Below, one piece after another: positions 50,091 through 63,399 of a DNA stretch of 64,000 bases. Both the position numbers and the translations under genes were made by a program. Source of the DNA: Camelus ferus (Eukaryota); the NCBI RefSeq assembly GCF_009834535.1, contig NC_045710.1, forward strand, positions 51,150,001 to 51,214,000, written 5' to 3'. The notes under the pieces were generated by a model that made no database searches, was not told where the DNA came from, and saw only the letters and a program-made list of their open reading frames with translations. The first letter of the stretch is position 1. Every line of letters begins with the position of its first letter.

Positions 50091-53000
50091 GCCGTGCATG
50101 TGAGTGTGATGCTTCCCACAGGTCAGGGAAAGAATCAGCAGAGAAAATCCCAGCACTGCTGCAGGGTCAGCCCACACGGACAAGATCGGTCCCACTGATG
50201 TCCTTCTGACGTGATGTTCCCAGAAGCGAGGTTCCGGAGGAAAGGGACTCTAGGCCAGGCTGGGAGGGGAGAAGAGGGTCACCACTTTCTGAGTTCGTGT
50301 TATGTGCTGAGTCCTGTCCTTATATCCAGGCAGGGCATGTGGTCCCAAGAGGAGAATTTGCTAGTAACTTAAATAGCAATGAGCTTTATAAGGAAACCCA
50401 ACTTCCAGCATCTTCTCAGAGACTGAGTCTTCCAGCCTCTCTCTGTCTCTTTTCCCTTCCTCCTTCTCTCTCCACATCCCCCTACCCAATTCTCCCTCAA
50501 TTCTTCCTCTACTCTTTTCCTTTCTTAATTTTTCTTTCTGAGAACTCAAGGAAATATCAAGTGAAGGAAGGAAAAGTCTAGATACTTAAAATGGAAAAAA
50601 ACCCCCAAAAACCCTCACTCAGAAAAGGAAGGCAGTGAAGGCCAACAGGGAAACTCCAAGGAGGCCCCTCGAAGCTGCGGAAGAGTGACTGTCTCCTCCC
50701 CCCGCACACCCCCCAACCCGCAGCCCCAAACCTGCCCCCCTCGCCTCCAGGCGCTGAGTCCGATTAGCACTCGGGCTGATTGGAAAATCAAATGCTCTGG
50801 TTTGCAGAACAGACCTCATACCAAGCCCATCCGCAGCTGGGGTTTCAAAGCTGCTCAGTTCCCATTGCTCTGAAATTTATGAGAGGCCATTCCAGCTTGT
50901 TAACCAAACGCCTATCTTGCAGACACCACTGTTCTCCCGAGGAGCTGTGAAAGCTTTGCCCAGAGATCACAAACCCACTAATAGGGCCTGGAGCCTCGCC
51001 CCACTCGCAGGAAGAGGGTCTGGAATAGCAATCGAGGGGCACGGAAACCACGGATTCAATTCACAGGAGGGGTCTCTTGGTTCAGAAGGGCCAGGAGGCA
51101 GCCATCTGGACAGCGCCTTCCAACAGCCCTGCTCCCCGGGGAGTGGCGTCCACACCACCAAGGACAATCAGCCCCCTTTAAAAGCAGCCCTAATTGGACC
51201 CTCTGCTGGGCTGGTCGCAGAGAGCCGGCTGCTCATCCTTTTCTCCAGATGTCAGAAGTTGCGAATGTGTCAGCCCATGGTGAAGCTTACATCATTTACA
51301 GTCATTTTATTACTTCCTCTAATGTCATGGTTAACTTTCTGACAATTTAAGAACGGCACATGGCTTTTTAGCAGGAACTTTCAGCCAGGTTTCTGACCTG
51401 CTGTCTTTTCTCTTCAGACACGACAATGGGAAAGATGACTAATGCTTCTGGAATGTCTAGGAGAAAAGGCAGTAGATGAATTTAATGAAGATGGGAGCTG
51501 GAAAGCAGTCACAGTGAAGTTAGGGGAGTGTGTGGACCTGAGTGCATCTGAGATCTGCACTCTGATGCTCCCAGGTGCCAAGGGCCAAGCTGGAGTCACA
51601 AACTCTTCTGGGTTCAGTTCTGGGATGGAGAAGGCTTGCTTTAGGCCGCCAGTGGGCCCATTTTATAGGGAAGGAACCCCAGGCTTACGTAAGGCAATGC
51701 ATGAACCTGTAAAATTCGCCAGCATGTTAAGAATAAGCTGGTACAGAGGCTTATATCTGGGTGACGGAAGTGCTAATCCAGGGCTTAGAGAAAGTGATGA
51801 TACAGAGTTCAGGCATTTCTCCAGGTAGAAATTGGGGAGCAGGGGCTCTGGCCCCCCTGGGCATTTGGAAGCTAAGAATAAGAACTCTTAGAAGTTTTAC
51901 AAACGATCCTGAGGAAGAGCGTTGTCAGTGCCGAGTGTAGCAATGGAGGGGACCTTCACCACACAGAGGAACGCCCCATCTAGGAAGGTAATCGGCAAGC
52001 ACGTGTCCTGAGGCTGCGTGAGGGGGCAGAGCAAGGGGGCAGCTTTCAAGGGAGCAGCGGAAAGTCAGCAGAGGAGAGAAGAGGAAGCTCAGCTACATTC
52101 ATAAGGGCAGGAAAATACAGCTTATTCTTAAGGGCTACCGACCTATCAAGGGGAGCTCAACTCGGCTGCATTTGGGATGCATGTGTGGGTGGTGGTGGGA
52201 TGAGCTGGATGTAATCACGCAACTTATTCACTAAGAAAACCAAAAACAGTGAACACTTTAAAAAATATATATAAAATACAAAAGCTGATATAAAGCAATT
52301 TGGAAGCACTTTGGCTTCGCAGTACCATCATTTAACACTGATGAGGTGGTGGGGGTGGGGTGGGGAGGGTAACACCATTTTGGTCATTACCATCCGCCAC
52401 CCCAAGATTCTCAGTTTCCTAAGACTAAATCGTACACTTAAAGATACATGTTTTTCCTATAACACAATCCGTGAACACAGATTTATTAAATTTTTAAGGA
52501 ATCATTTCCAACACTGGCTAATTTTGACCCTATTCGATTTTCACCTTTCCCTGATTTTAAACAGGCTTTAGACCTTACCCGTCCCTCCACTCCCACTTAA
52601 AAGCATGGATCCCATATTAGCTCCCTAAACCTCAAACCACCCTGTAGGGTGAGCATTACTACTCTCTTTCAGATAAGGAAAGGAAACGAAAGCTTAGATA
52701 ACCTCGCCAATGGACATGTTGCGAGAAAGTGCCAGAGCTGGAATTTTATCTCAGTTCTCTCTGATTTTAAGAAATCAAGGAACTGCAGAAAATTAGAAGA
52801 CTCCATACATCCGGGAGGACAAATGCTGGTAAGGCACATAATCAAAATCTACAAATCATGTGGCCGTGAGGAAGGGGAACACTTAGCATGTTAGGCAGTT
52901 AGGAAACTTGATTACTTTCTAGTAATCAGAAAGGGGTGCTTTTAGGAGAAGCAAGAGGAAGTATTACTTTATCTGGGGGCGGCGTGGGGAACTTAAATAC

Positions 53001-54008
53001 ATATGGAACTTATTCTTCCCACAAGGGAGCAGTGGCTGAAAAACATAGATGCAAAAGAGATTTCTATCTACCCACAGATGATGGTTAATTGAGGAAATCG
53101 GGTGGCGGCTGGTCCACAGGGCGGTCCCAAGTGGCCTCACACAGTCCGCCCTCTCCAGAGCCCCAACCTCTGGGCTACGTGGGGCTTATGCCCAAGAGAC
53201 CAGGAGCTTCTGGCTCAGAGCAGGGATAAAATGGGATCTGAATTGCTTTTGTAGCTTTAAACAAGATGCTGTGGGGAACCTAAAGGGACATCTGAGCTAA
53301 TTGAATCCCCTCTGAGCATTGTAATACCCAAGGGGGAACCAGATATGATGGAATCTAATTCAAAGAAAGGTCTTGGTGAAGAAGCAGACAATATATTTCC
53401 TACTTTTCTACAAAGATAATGATTTTTAATAACACAGCACCGATGTGTATACGTGTCTGTGTGCATGTGGGAGAGGACAACAGATACACATTCACCGGTG
53501 GTATCCGACCTCAGTGGGGTTCATCCTATTTGTGCGCATTTCTAGGGCAAAGGCAGAATCTGTGTTACTTTTGGTAACTTTTTCTAATCCAACAGAAGAG
53601 AATCAGATAACATGAACATAAGAACACTTTGTTAGGTTCATATCCCATCTAAAGTACTGGGGCTTAGAGTTTTTAACCCAATGTGGGTTTTCTGAGGTTT
53701 GGTCTATGATGCTGACACTGATGACTATTATCATTGGTAGGAGCTACTATTAATAAACTGTCTACTACATGTAAGAACCAGGGCCAGCATCTTACACAGA
53801 GACTTCTGTTTAATCCTCACAAAAATCCTGTGAGGTACTCATTACCATTGCAGTCTTAATGGGGGAAGAAAGCGAAGCCGAGGGAGGTGAAGGTTGTTTA
53901 ATGTTGCAAAGTTAGCAAATGGCAGAGATGAAACCAGAACTCGTGGTTGGAAGTCTCTAAAGCTCTTGCTCTTTTTAATATACCACATTGTCACTTTGTC
54001 ACCTTAGA

Positions 54009-54010
54009 GT

Positions 54011-54074
<64 letters not shown>
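54009..54074. repeat. Compound microsatellite, about (GT)13(GA)20
   Basis: Read directly from the sequence. Confidence 0.95.
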
Positions 54075-54082
<8 letters not shown>

Positions 54083-55398
54083 ATGAGATGTGGGTTAAGT
54101 CCTTATGGGCACCTTCCTTCGTTAAGACAACCCTTTCATTTGAAGAGTAAACAAATCAGGAATTACCATGAAATTCTCAGGGCTATTTTAGAATTAAAAG
54201 AGCTAAAATCCCAAGGCAAAATGGCTCTAATTAGCAAAGAAGCTTTAAGAATAGAAAGTAAATGCTCAGTGAAATCATGTGAAGTGTGAGCTAAAACCAG
54301 GGTGTCTGCGGACATCTAAAGATATGTGGCAAACGGATTTCACCTTTTTTGGCCTCTTACCTGTGTCCAGCTTCCACGAGTTACCACCACCTCCTCCCAC
54401 AAAGTGCACGAGGAAGGGAGAGGTATGTGTGAGACGCCCCCAGTAGCCCCCAAACTGCACTTTAAATTCAGGAAGGATTAAAATGAGATGGAAATAGAAG
54501 GGAAATGCACCAGACATGGAAGATTACGCCCCCCTCCCCCCGAGCTCTTTCTTCTCCTCACAACCCCATTCTCCAGCCCCCTGGTTGCTCCTTCTCTCCC
54601 TTCCTAGGTCTTAGTGATGTTAAGCAAAAAACCAGTTAAGAAAATTGCAGGTCATGATTTTGCTTTGAAGACTGAAGGCCACACCTCCCCCTCTCTCTTA
54701 CTATTTAATCATTTGATTTCAAAGAGACAGACCATTTCTTTCTTTCATATCTTCAAACCAGAAAGCCCCTTATTCTAATTACATCCTCTTGGGTATCAAC
54801 CAGCATTTTGAAAATACTTCACTTCAAATTTCCATGTATAAAGTCAACAAGGATATCTGTGTTTGGCTCTCATCTGTGGCTTTGAATCAAAACGTGAACG
54901 GCTCTGGGAACTGGAGCTGGGTCCTGCTGGACGGGGAATTCTGTTTTGGCTTTGTTCAGGGAACAGCCCCGTTGGAGCCTCAGGCTACCTAGCTTTGCAG
55001 TCTCTGTGTGTCTCTGTTCTCCTCTTTATTAATATCAAAATTGTTTGGAAAAGTGGTTGGCAGGAAACCCTCAATCCACCCTTAGGAAAAAAAAAATGCT
55101 TCCTCTTGTTGAGTCTTTGAACCATAATCCCTTCAAACCCTCCACAGCGAGTCCATGTAAGCACTACTGGGACAACTGTTTTTCTAGAACATTCTATGCC
55201 CTCAGAACTCTAGATAGATGCCTTCTTCATTTACAGTCTACAGATGCAATCTGGGTAGATGAAGGATACTCCTCATTTTAAGTGAGGAAACGGAAGCATC
55301 AAGAGGTAAATTTAAGGCAAAGCTCAAGAGCCTTAAAAATAGAGATGTGATTTTAGCAGCTGGGACTCTGTCCCATGACAAATATGTGATTCTTCCTT

Positions 55399-55628
55399 CT
55401 TTTTTTTTTTTTTAAATCCTTCCTTTTTTTTTTTTATTGAGTTATAGTCAGTTTACTATGTTGTGTCAATTTCTGGTGTACAGCACAATTTTTCATTCAT
55501 ACATGAATATACATGTATTAATTTTCATCTTCTTTTTCACCGTGAGCTACCACAAGATCTTCTATATATCTCCCTGTGCTGTACAGTATAAACTTGTTTA
55601 TGTATTCGTTATATACCTGTCAGTATCT
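55399..55628 (-). mobile_element. Young L1 3' end in intron 2
   Basis: Poly(T) plus L1 3'UTR. TSD acaaatatgtgat at 55378-90 and 55629-41, extending to 21 bp with one mismatch. Confidence 0.9.
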
Positions 55629-56234
55629 ACAAATATGTGATCCTTCCTTTTCAACCTGGGTGTTACAGTGATGATTTTTGGTTGCCCTTAGAGAAAAGCC
55701 CTTTAATCAAGATTATAATTCCAGACAGAGAACACTGAGATGTTGAGAGAGGGGCGGGATTATGAGCAATCATTTTCTCTTTCATAATTTTCCAAATTTA
55801 ATAAAATGAACACTTTAGAGTTTGAAAATAAAACGTTATTTAAAATTAAAACTCTACAACGTTAAAAAGATAAAGTTCAAACAGTTTCTGTTTTTTATTG
55901 TTTTACTCACAGATAAAACTGTAGTTTTGTGGAAGACTGGCCTTTAGGAACTTAGATTTGAATCTGCATGACATAAATCATGTTACTGCCTTGTGTTTTA
56001 TCATTAAAAGGAAATAAGGAGGAGTGAGACACAAAATAAACGTTTAGAGAAGACAAAGGACGCTCAGATGAAAGATGTTTAGTAAAAGCTGACCTCAGGC
56101 TTGGCCTCTGGGCACAGAAACCTCACACGCTCTCCTATAAACAACAACGAAACCAAGAAAGAACATGACCTGTGTATCCACTCCACTTCCAACCCCTACA
56201 CCCTGCCGTTTGTTTAACTGAAACCATTCTGTGA

Positions 56235-56590
56235 AGGATGAGTTCCTCCATACCTATGTTACTGTCCCTTCTGGGCACAGACTACATTTCCCAGCCTCCC
56301 TTGCAGGTAGATGTGACCATGTGACCAGGTTATGGCCAATGGATGTGAGCAGGAGTTGTATGCACCACTTTGGTCCATGAAAAACCTCTCCATGAGGTCT
56401 CTTTTCCTTTCCCTAGATGCTAACTAAATGGAGAGAATTCCTTCAAGGGCCTGGAGGTGGGAGGATGGAAGGAGCCTGGGTCCTTGGATAACTGCATGGA
56501 AAGAAGTCTGCAAGGCCAGGAACACCTGCACAGACTTTGACATAAGCAGGAAATAAACAGCATTCAGCGCTTATCTGAGACAGCAGGGAA
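56235..56590 (+). mobile_element. MaLR LTR (MLT1I/J-like)
   Basis: Motif gactacatttcccagcctcccttgcaggtagatgtgaccatgtgacc...gaaataaac. Confidence 0.75.
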
Positions 56591-56922
56591 TGTTACTCAA
56601 ATGCTAAGCCTGCGGTCTGAACAGTGTTCGGGGGTTAGTGAATTTCTGATGAGGGAGAAATCCTCTTAATAAATCATTTCCTTTTCCCCTCTTCTTCCCT
56701 AGTCCCTTCTGGGAACCTCACCCAAATACCAACATGCCTTCCACTTGGAATCTCAAGGCATCTGGCCCATATTGGAAGCCTCCAGTTTGAAACCCTTGCT
56801 TCTCAGCTTAAAGTATGTCCTGTCCATTCTCCAGCCTAGAGGGGTCAGGTCAACCCTCAGAAACCTCTACAGGGTTGGTAATAGTCTTTTGGGAGCCAGA
56901 AGTGACCTGTCCTTGCTCTGAA

Positions 56923-56956
56923 TAACAAACGCTTATCATGAGATAAGCGTTTGTTA
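56923..56956. repeat. Perfect inverted repeat with 15-bp arms and a 4-nt spacer
   Basis: taacaaacgcttatc-atga-gataagcgtttgtta. Confidence 0.97.
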
Positions 56957-58544
56957 CTGAGCAAAGGCTACTTCTTCAAGTGTACGTCTGAGAACACAAC
57001 ACAATATACAAAGCATTGTTGCCACAATTGGCAGTAGGCAGGGTCCAGCTGTTTTGATTGGAATGACACAGCTGATGGGAATTTATTAGGTTATCAAAAC
57101 CCCTGGACAAAAAACCACCAAGGCAGGATAGCACAGTGTCTACCGTATCTCCAGTCTTCCTGATACAGAAGGTGGTGCCCTATAATTTCTCCAAACTGCC
57201 ACATCTTGTATCTCACCAGCTGCAGGATCTTAAATCTCCGGAAAAAAAATATACGACCATCTGGCTCAGAGTATCTTGATAAGAGGTCGTCATTATCACT
57301 GGGGGCTTTCTGTCCAGCTTTTAGTTTTATTGGTAGGGTGTTACATTATATACTGACTTTTTATAACAGCCCCAGAAAGAGTTTTGTAATTTAAAAAGTA
57401 ATACATGTTCATTTCAGAAATTTTAGGACATACAAAAATCCAAAGAAAATTACTTGCTATCACTGAGAAATAACCACTGCTTTTATAGAACATTTTACAA
57501 ATGCTTATTATTTCTAGTAGCTTTCCTTTTTTTTGGTTGTTTTCCTTTGTATAAGAGATATGTTTCTTTGATTTCATTTCCCTTATAATGATTTAGAATA
57601 TATGTATTCTTTTTACCTATTGATGGTTATCTTTAAATTAAGAAAATTTAACTTACTTTCTCTAACTGTCAACATTAAGAATGAAATCAAATATCACATT
57701 AGATAAGAAATGTAGTGTACTTTTATTTCTTCCTTCCTCTTGTCCCCAGTTACGTTACTATAATCTGATTCCATATCGCTTTTATATTATTTTTATATGT
57801 AACTTTTACTTTAATAATTAATTTTGACATCTTTACCAGTACAACTAAATCAACAACAGTGACTTGGACACATTATCATTGTTTTTTCTACATCACATCT
57901 TTCCCATTTTGGGACTTTTTATCTTGATACAGCTGTTATCAAGCTGCAGAAGGTCTGTGAACACTTCCCCAGTGTTCCTGTTAAACCCCACAGGCTAAGT
58001 GTAAACCAGCCACAGCAGAACTTTGTTCTTAAGAGGAGAAATGTTAGGGGATTCCAGAGACACAAAGGTCATTTTACCTCTGGATAGTGTCTGCAAGCCA
58101 CATTGGTTCAGAAACAAAAGTCTTTTATTTTGATGAAATATTTCTTTCCCATCAAAGGCAAAAGAATAGAACCAACGCCCTAAAGGTCTTCCCAAATTCT
58201 TCCCTAATCTAGAAATGAAATATTACAGAGATGGAGGTGCTTAAATCTAACTTTCCAGCCAGCCCAGAGCCCCTCCCTCTATATGGTGTCCCTGGGGGGC
58301 ACCTCGCCCGTGCTTGACTCTTCTTGAACACAGGAGCTCACTACCTGCCAAGGCAACGCATTCTATTCGGAGCGGCTGATTGCAAGGGGGGTTCTTCCTT
58401 AAACCAAGTTGACAAATGCCTCCCTGAAACCCCTCTCCTTATTGCTTTGACTCTATCCCTGGAAGCCACACAGAATGTCTCCCTCTTCTAGAAAATAGTC
58501 CTTTTGTGTATCTGCAGACAGTTTCCAAATCTCTGAGTCTTGGT

Positions 58545-59054
58545 GGTGATAAATGCCCAGCAACAGCCAGCCTCCAAGATGGCTCCCCATGAGCCCCAGC
58601 TCCTGGTATCCATGGCCTTGTGAATTCTCCTCCCACGCCGTCTCAGGGTTGGTCTGTATGATTGATAAAATATGGATGGTATGTGACTTCAGAGGCTAGG
58701 TCACAAAAGGCACTGTACCTTCTTCTTTGCTCTCTCTGATTATTTACCCTGGGGGGAAGCTAGCTGCCAGGACATCAGGACACGCAATGGAGAGGTCCAT
58801 GTGGCAAGAAACAGGTTTCCAACCAAGGGTTGTGTGAATAAACCATTATCCAGCGCCAATCAAGCCTTCAGATGACAGTGCAGCTCCAGCTGACATGTTG
58901 ACAGCAACCTCTGTAAGAGACCCTGAATCAGAACCTCCCAGCTAAGCTGCTTCTGAATTCCTGACTCTCAGAACCTGTGTGAGATAAATGTTTATTGATT
59001 TAAGCTGCTACGTTTTTGGGGTAATTTGTTACACAGCAATAGATAACTAATATA
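58545..59054 (+). mobile_element. MaLR LTR (MLT1E/F-like)
   Basis: Motif ccttcagatgac...gtaatttgttacacagcaatagataactaata terminus. Confidence 0.85.
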
Positions 59055-59559
59055 CACTCCAATTCCTAAAAATGCTCTTTAAGTGAAAAAGTCTGTAAAC
59101 TTTTAACCTCAGGGCCTTTTTTTAGTGTCCGTCTTAAAACAGTCCACTACAAGGTAACAGTGATAACCACAATGACAACTATAACAAAAACATTTACCAA
59201 ATGCTTAAGGTGTTGGGCTCTGTGCTAGGAGTTTTATATGCATCATAGAATCTTTGATTCTAACCATTTTACAGATGAGGAATATAGGTTTAGAGAGATT
59301 TAGGGCCTTGCCCAAAGGCATAGAACAAGGAATAGACATAGGAGAAATCCAAAAAACAGGTAAGATGACCCCAGAGCCCACACCCTAAAGCTCTGGGCTA
59401 TGGGAACAGAGTACAGTAGGAATCCATCGCCTATGATCTGGTTTCTACATCTAATAGAAGTGTAGAGATATACTTCTTTCTTAATATAAATATAATATAT
59501 ATTTTATTTTATATTATATAAATTTAATATATATAACTTAATTAATATAACTTAATTCT

Positions 59560-61710
59560 CCATTAATTTGCTGGCAGTTCTGGAATGCTGTTGGGTTATA
59601 TAACCTGTGGTCAACTAAAGCCTCTAGCTTTTCTCCGCGTAAACTACTGTCAGACTCAGCCTCATATCCTTCCTAACTAAGTCACTATTCTTAACCTAAA
59701 TACTGTTAAACGTATCACTGTTCAGTTTAACCTGACTGGTTGGCTTTGATCCATTGTTCTAGCTCAATACTCCCTGCCCCCCACTTTGAGTCTTTATTCT
59801 GACACTCAATGCTGCAGCTGTCATTCTGGGCTTGTTGCCTTTAAATTTGATAAATCTGTCTTATATGTCTTCTTTCAATTTGCTCATAAAATTCTCAACA
59901 GGAAAGGAGGACAAATCCTGCTGGCAAAGCCTAGAGGCCCCCGCTCAGGTCAATATGAACACATCAGTGAGAATTTTCTGGGGATACTCTGATTAAAAAT
60001 TTCCTGCCCTTCCCAAACGTTTACAGGTGAACCTGTGTAGGGAATGCCTGGGGATCCATTCACTTAAGGAGGTCACTGTCATTGCTCCATCTCACTGACC
60101 AGCCACCCTTCTAACTCACATTTCCCCCTTTTGTCCTACTGAATACTTTGCTTTTGTCATGCGCCTTGCTGAAATCACACTGCATTATCTCGACAGCATT
60201 ACCCCAGCAGCACTTTTCTCATCAATCCCACGGCGCTGAAAAGGAAATAAAGTTCATCCGCCATGACTCATTTATGATGGATTCTTTCAGGGGCCCAAGA
60301 ATTCATTCTCTATCCCCCCGTAAGAGTTAGGTTGATTGAGTTTTTTAGGAATATCATTAAGTTTTACCATCTATAGTCTAAAGAATCTTAAGGTTTACAC
60401 TTATTTCAAGGCAAAAACATCTTTGTCTTTTTTCACTCACTGAGCAGTTTTTACATTTGCTGCTACTGCTGAAAAATTACGGACAGGGATGGACAGATTT
60501 TTTGCTACAAGTTTCCTCAGTATACTGAGGTGTAATTCACCTGCACCCCTAAAAATACATTCATGTATGGCATGAGGTGGTCTCTTCCTAGGATCCTCAT
60601 TTGCCTTTCTACTTCTTATTTGCCATGCTGGTTTTGTCTTCTCTAGTTTGAAAAGCTCTCTCCTTGACAGAAAATATGAAAACAGAATTATACTCAATAG
60701 TAGTTTTTTCCTGGTTCTGCACTAACCTGATTCCATCTGCCCCAAGGAATGGAGATATTCCTTCCTTTTTTACCTGTCTGTTCCCAAATATAGCTTTAAA
60801 AAAACACTTTTCTTGTCTCCCACCCAAGTACTAACCAGGCTCAACCCTGCTTAGCTTCCGAGATCAGATGAGATTGGGTGCATTCAGGGTGGTATGGCCA
60901 TAGACAAGAAAGCCCTTTTCTTGTGTGACCAATAGCCATGTTGGCAAACCTCGGTGTCTCATGTCCTTCAGTTTTCCTGGCATTCTCATAAACACCTGCC
61001 AGCACCCAGAGTAACACCTGCCACCCAGGAGGCACCAATGTGCTTGCTTACTCAACAAAGTGCCATTCAGTACTGTTCTTTGTCATAACTCTGGGGACGT
61101 GTCTTTCTTTTGATCTTCTCTGCACACCTTATTAGATGGTACAGCAGAGAACTCCCTCTGCAGACGCACTGGGTCTTCTTAAAATATTTGTTCCTTGTCT
61201 TTCACATGCATCCTCTGACTATAAACTTGGAACCATTTTGAGCCTTCCAACCTCCCCAGGCCATATCCCTTTTCAGAATCCTACTCATGGGATCACATTT
61301 GGTTTTCCTCTGAAATTTCGTAGACCCTGCTTTTCTGAACTATGCCTAATGTTTCCTTCTTTCACTGTTTAAAGGTTTAAAATGACACATAGACATACCA
61401 ACCTGTTATCCTTTCTGGTTAAGACTGCATTCAAAGAAGCAGGTGTCCCTGTTGTCTTCTCGACCTTCTGAGCGATACGACAGCCAACAGGCATGTAAAG
61501 AATTTTTCAGGCGTTCAAATTGGTGGCACGCTGAGATTTCCAGAAAATGTACCAATCTGATGTTTGCTGTCGAACCACATTCTGTCCTTATGACTACTCT
61601 GTTAAGGATCCAGGCGGTATTAATTACTTGGATAAACCATCTATCTGTAGAACTGATCCATGATATTACTTTTGGTATTCTCTCCTTTTCAGCTTGAATC
61701 AAACATCTGT
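59560..61710 (-). mobile_element. Ancient CR1/L3 LINE relic (endonuclease to RT), interrupted by the 5S pseudogene
   Basis: Minus-strand remnants resemble CR1 ORF2 motifs: KFxxC and KVExTTR...LTN (about 61410-61520), DFSKA-like (about 60160) and the FADD-region aaatttgata (about 59840). Heavily decayed. Confidence 0.55.
60815..60905 (-). pseudogene. 5S rRNA retropseudogene (nt 1-91, 3'-truncated, tailless) in TGFA intron 2
   Basis: Reverse complement GTCTATGGCCATACCACCCTGAATGCACCCAATCTCATCTGATCTCGGAAGCTAAGCAGGGTTGAGCCTGGTTAGTACTTGGGTGGGAGAC. It has 8 differences from mammalian 5S in 91 nt, 6 of them at CpGs. A 10-bp direct repeat cttttcttgt lies at 60807-16 and 60915-24. Confidence 0.95.
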
Positions 61711-61769
61711 GTCTCAGTTGAGTTTAATGATTTTGGGGTTGCCTGGCAAATATTTGTCTACTTCAAGAC

Positions 61770-62125
61770 AGCACTCAGATTTTCTTTGGGGGAATTACCT
61801 TTCCCACTGTGGGTTTATACTGTTTTATGGCCACAACTAAACACCCTACCCTCCCTCATATCCCGTCTCTCTACAATTTGAATCTTGAGAAGACACAGAG
61901 ATAATGGGGTGGAGTTCATGCATTACAACTGCGGTGTGTTGAGCACAGTTCCATCCTGAGATGGAGTTTGTAATTCTCAATTTCTGGCTCCCTGGAGGCG
62001 CCCTGATTACTGTTCGTTTTCAAGGATGTTTGCCAGTTGATCTTATGGGCTTTCAACAGCCTTCCCACAAGGTTGCTTTTGTTTAAGTTAGGCAGAATTG
62101 ATTGTTGCAACCAAAGAACCCTAGT
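61770..62125 (+). mobile_element. MaLR (MLT1-type) LTR
   Basis: Terminus tttgtttaagttaggcagaattgattgttgcaaccaaagaaccct. Confidence 0.65.
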
Positions 62126-63399
62126 TGATATACTCCAGAACAATGAGCTAGGCCAATGGAGTTCTTCCCACCAGCTCCAATGCCCATAGCATCTTGGAAT
62201 CACCCATTCAACTCACTGGACTCATCCATTTATTCATTTTTCAGAAACATTTTCCTAACAAGCCCACAAGGCATAAACTAGATTAAAATTTCAAGTTTAA
62301 TTTATTTGTCGCTCCCAAAATGAGCTCTAAGACTATAGCTGCCTGAGGTCTTAAATATTATTTATAGTAACGTTGGAGTCTGCTTATTATTACCGTTCTT
62401 TAAGTTCTCCCTTCCTAAATTTATAAACACAACTTGATGGCTTCCTTCAATGTTCTGTGCAATTTAAAAATAAGTTCAATTTTGTAACTGCGAATTGAGG
62501 ATCAATTTAAAGGGGCTTAGCACTGCTTCATTTTCCAGCTACACCTGCAACCGCCTCCAAAGCAACTGGCTTCATAGTTTTATTTGAGTCTTTTCATTTC
62601 TCACTCCCAAATTTCTGTTTAAGGACATACTGATTAGCTGGGGATGGGAGACTCTTTGGCCAAACCTGTACTAACTTCCCTGTTTTTACTTGTTATAGAC
62701 CAACTCTTGCTGAAATCTTTATAGGCCATGGTCCTAGATTTATATATAATGTTTATTTAGGCAACAATGTCATTTTGGTGGCTGGGTTGGCCATTCTCCA
62801 TCATGTCTCAGGTGGATGGTCAAGGAAGACCGGATACCTACTAATTAGCTAGATCAAGGTCAACCCCTCACCCTTCAACAGGAGGTCACAGCTCACAACC
62901 GTATTGCCTCCTCCTGGAATTGAGGACTCTGAGGGTTTTCTTCTCTTCCAGGTGACAAGGTGATGGTATTTGAAATGGCAAAGCTCACACAGCAAATCTC
63001 TTAATTAATGTGTCCTGAATACATTTCTCCTAGTCTTCCAAGTCAGGAAGCCGTTAGTTTCTACTACCCCCTGGAGTACAGCTGCCCTGCATGTGCCTAT
63101 TGGTGAGATACTTTCTGTGAATGCAGAAGGTCTATATTTGCCTCTGGACAACGTAGCAGAAATGCCTTCTGCAGACCTAGATGGTGAAACCATGAATATG
63201 CTGATACTCCACAGAGGCCCTCATGGGAAGAAGGGCCTAGGGAACAAGGGTAGGGTGTTTCACCTCCTTTGACCCTGGTTTGGCCTCTCTAGGGTGGAAT
63301 CTCCTTCTAGTGGTACCAGACCCCAACCACAAGCACTCACATGGTTTCTCAAAGGCATCTGAGCAAATCCTACTGAGATTCTTACAACTGCAACTCCTG

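Noticed and set aside
52909-52928. 7-bp inverted repeat tgattac / gtaatca
   Set aside because: Expected by chance in 64 kb.
9862-55628. Many very short L1 3' ends as a possible new SINE family
   Set aside because: Their 5' ends differ from copy to copy, which fits ordinary 5' truncation.
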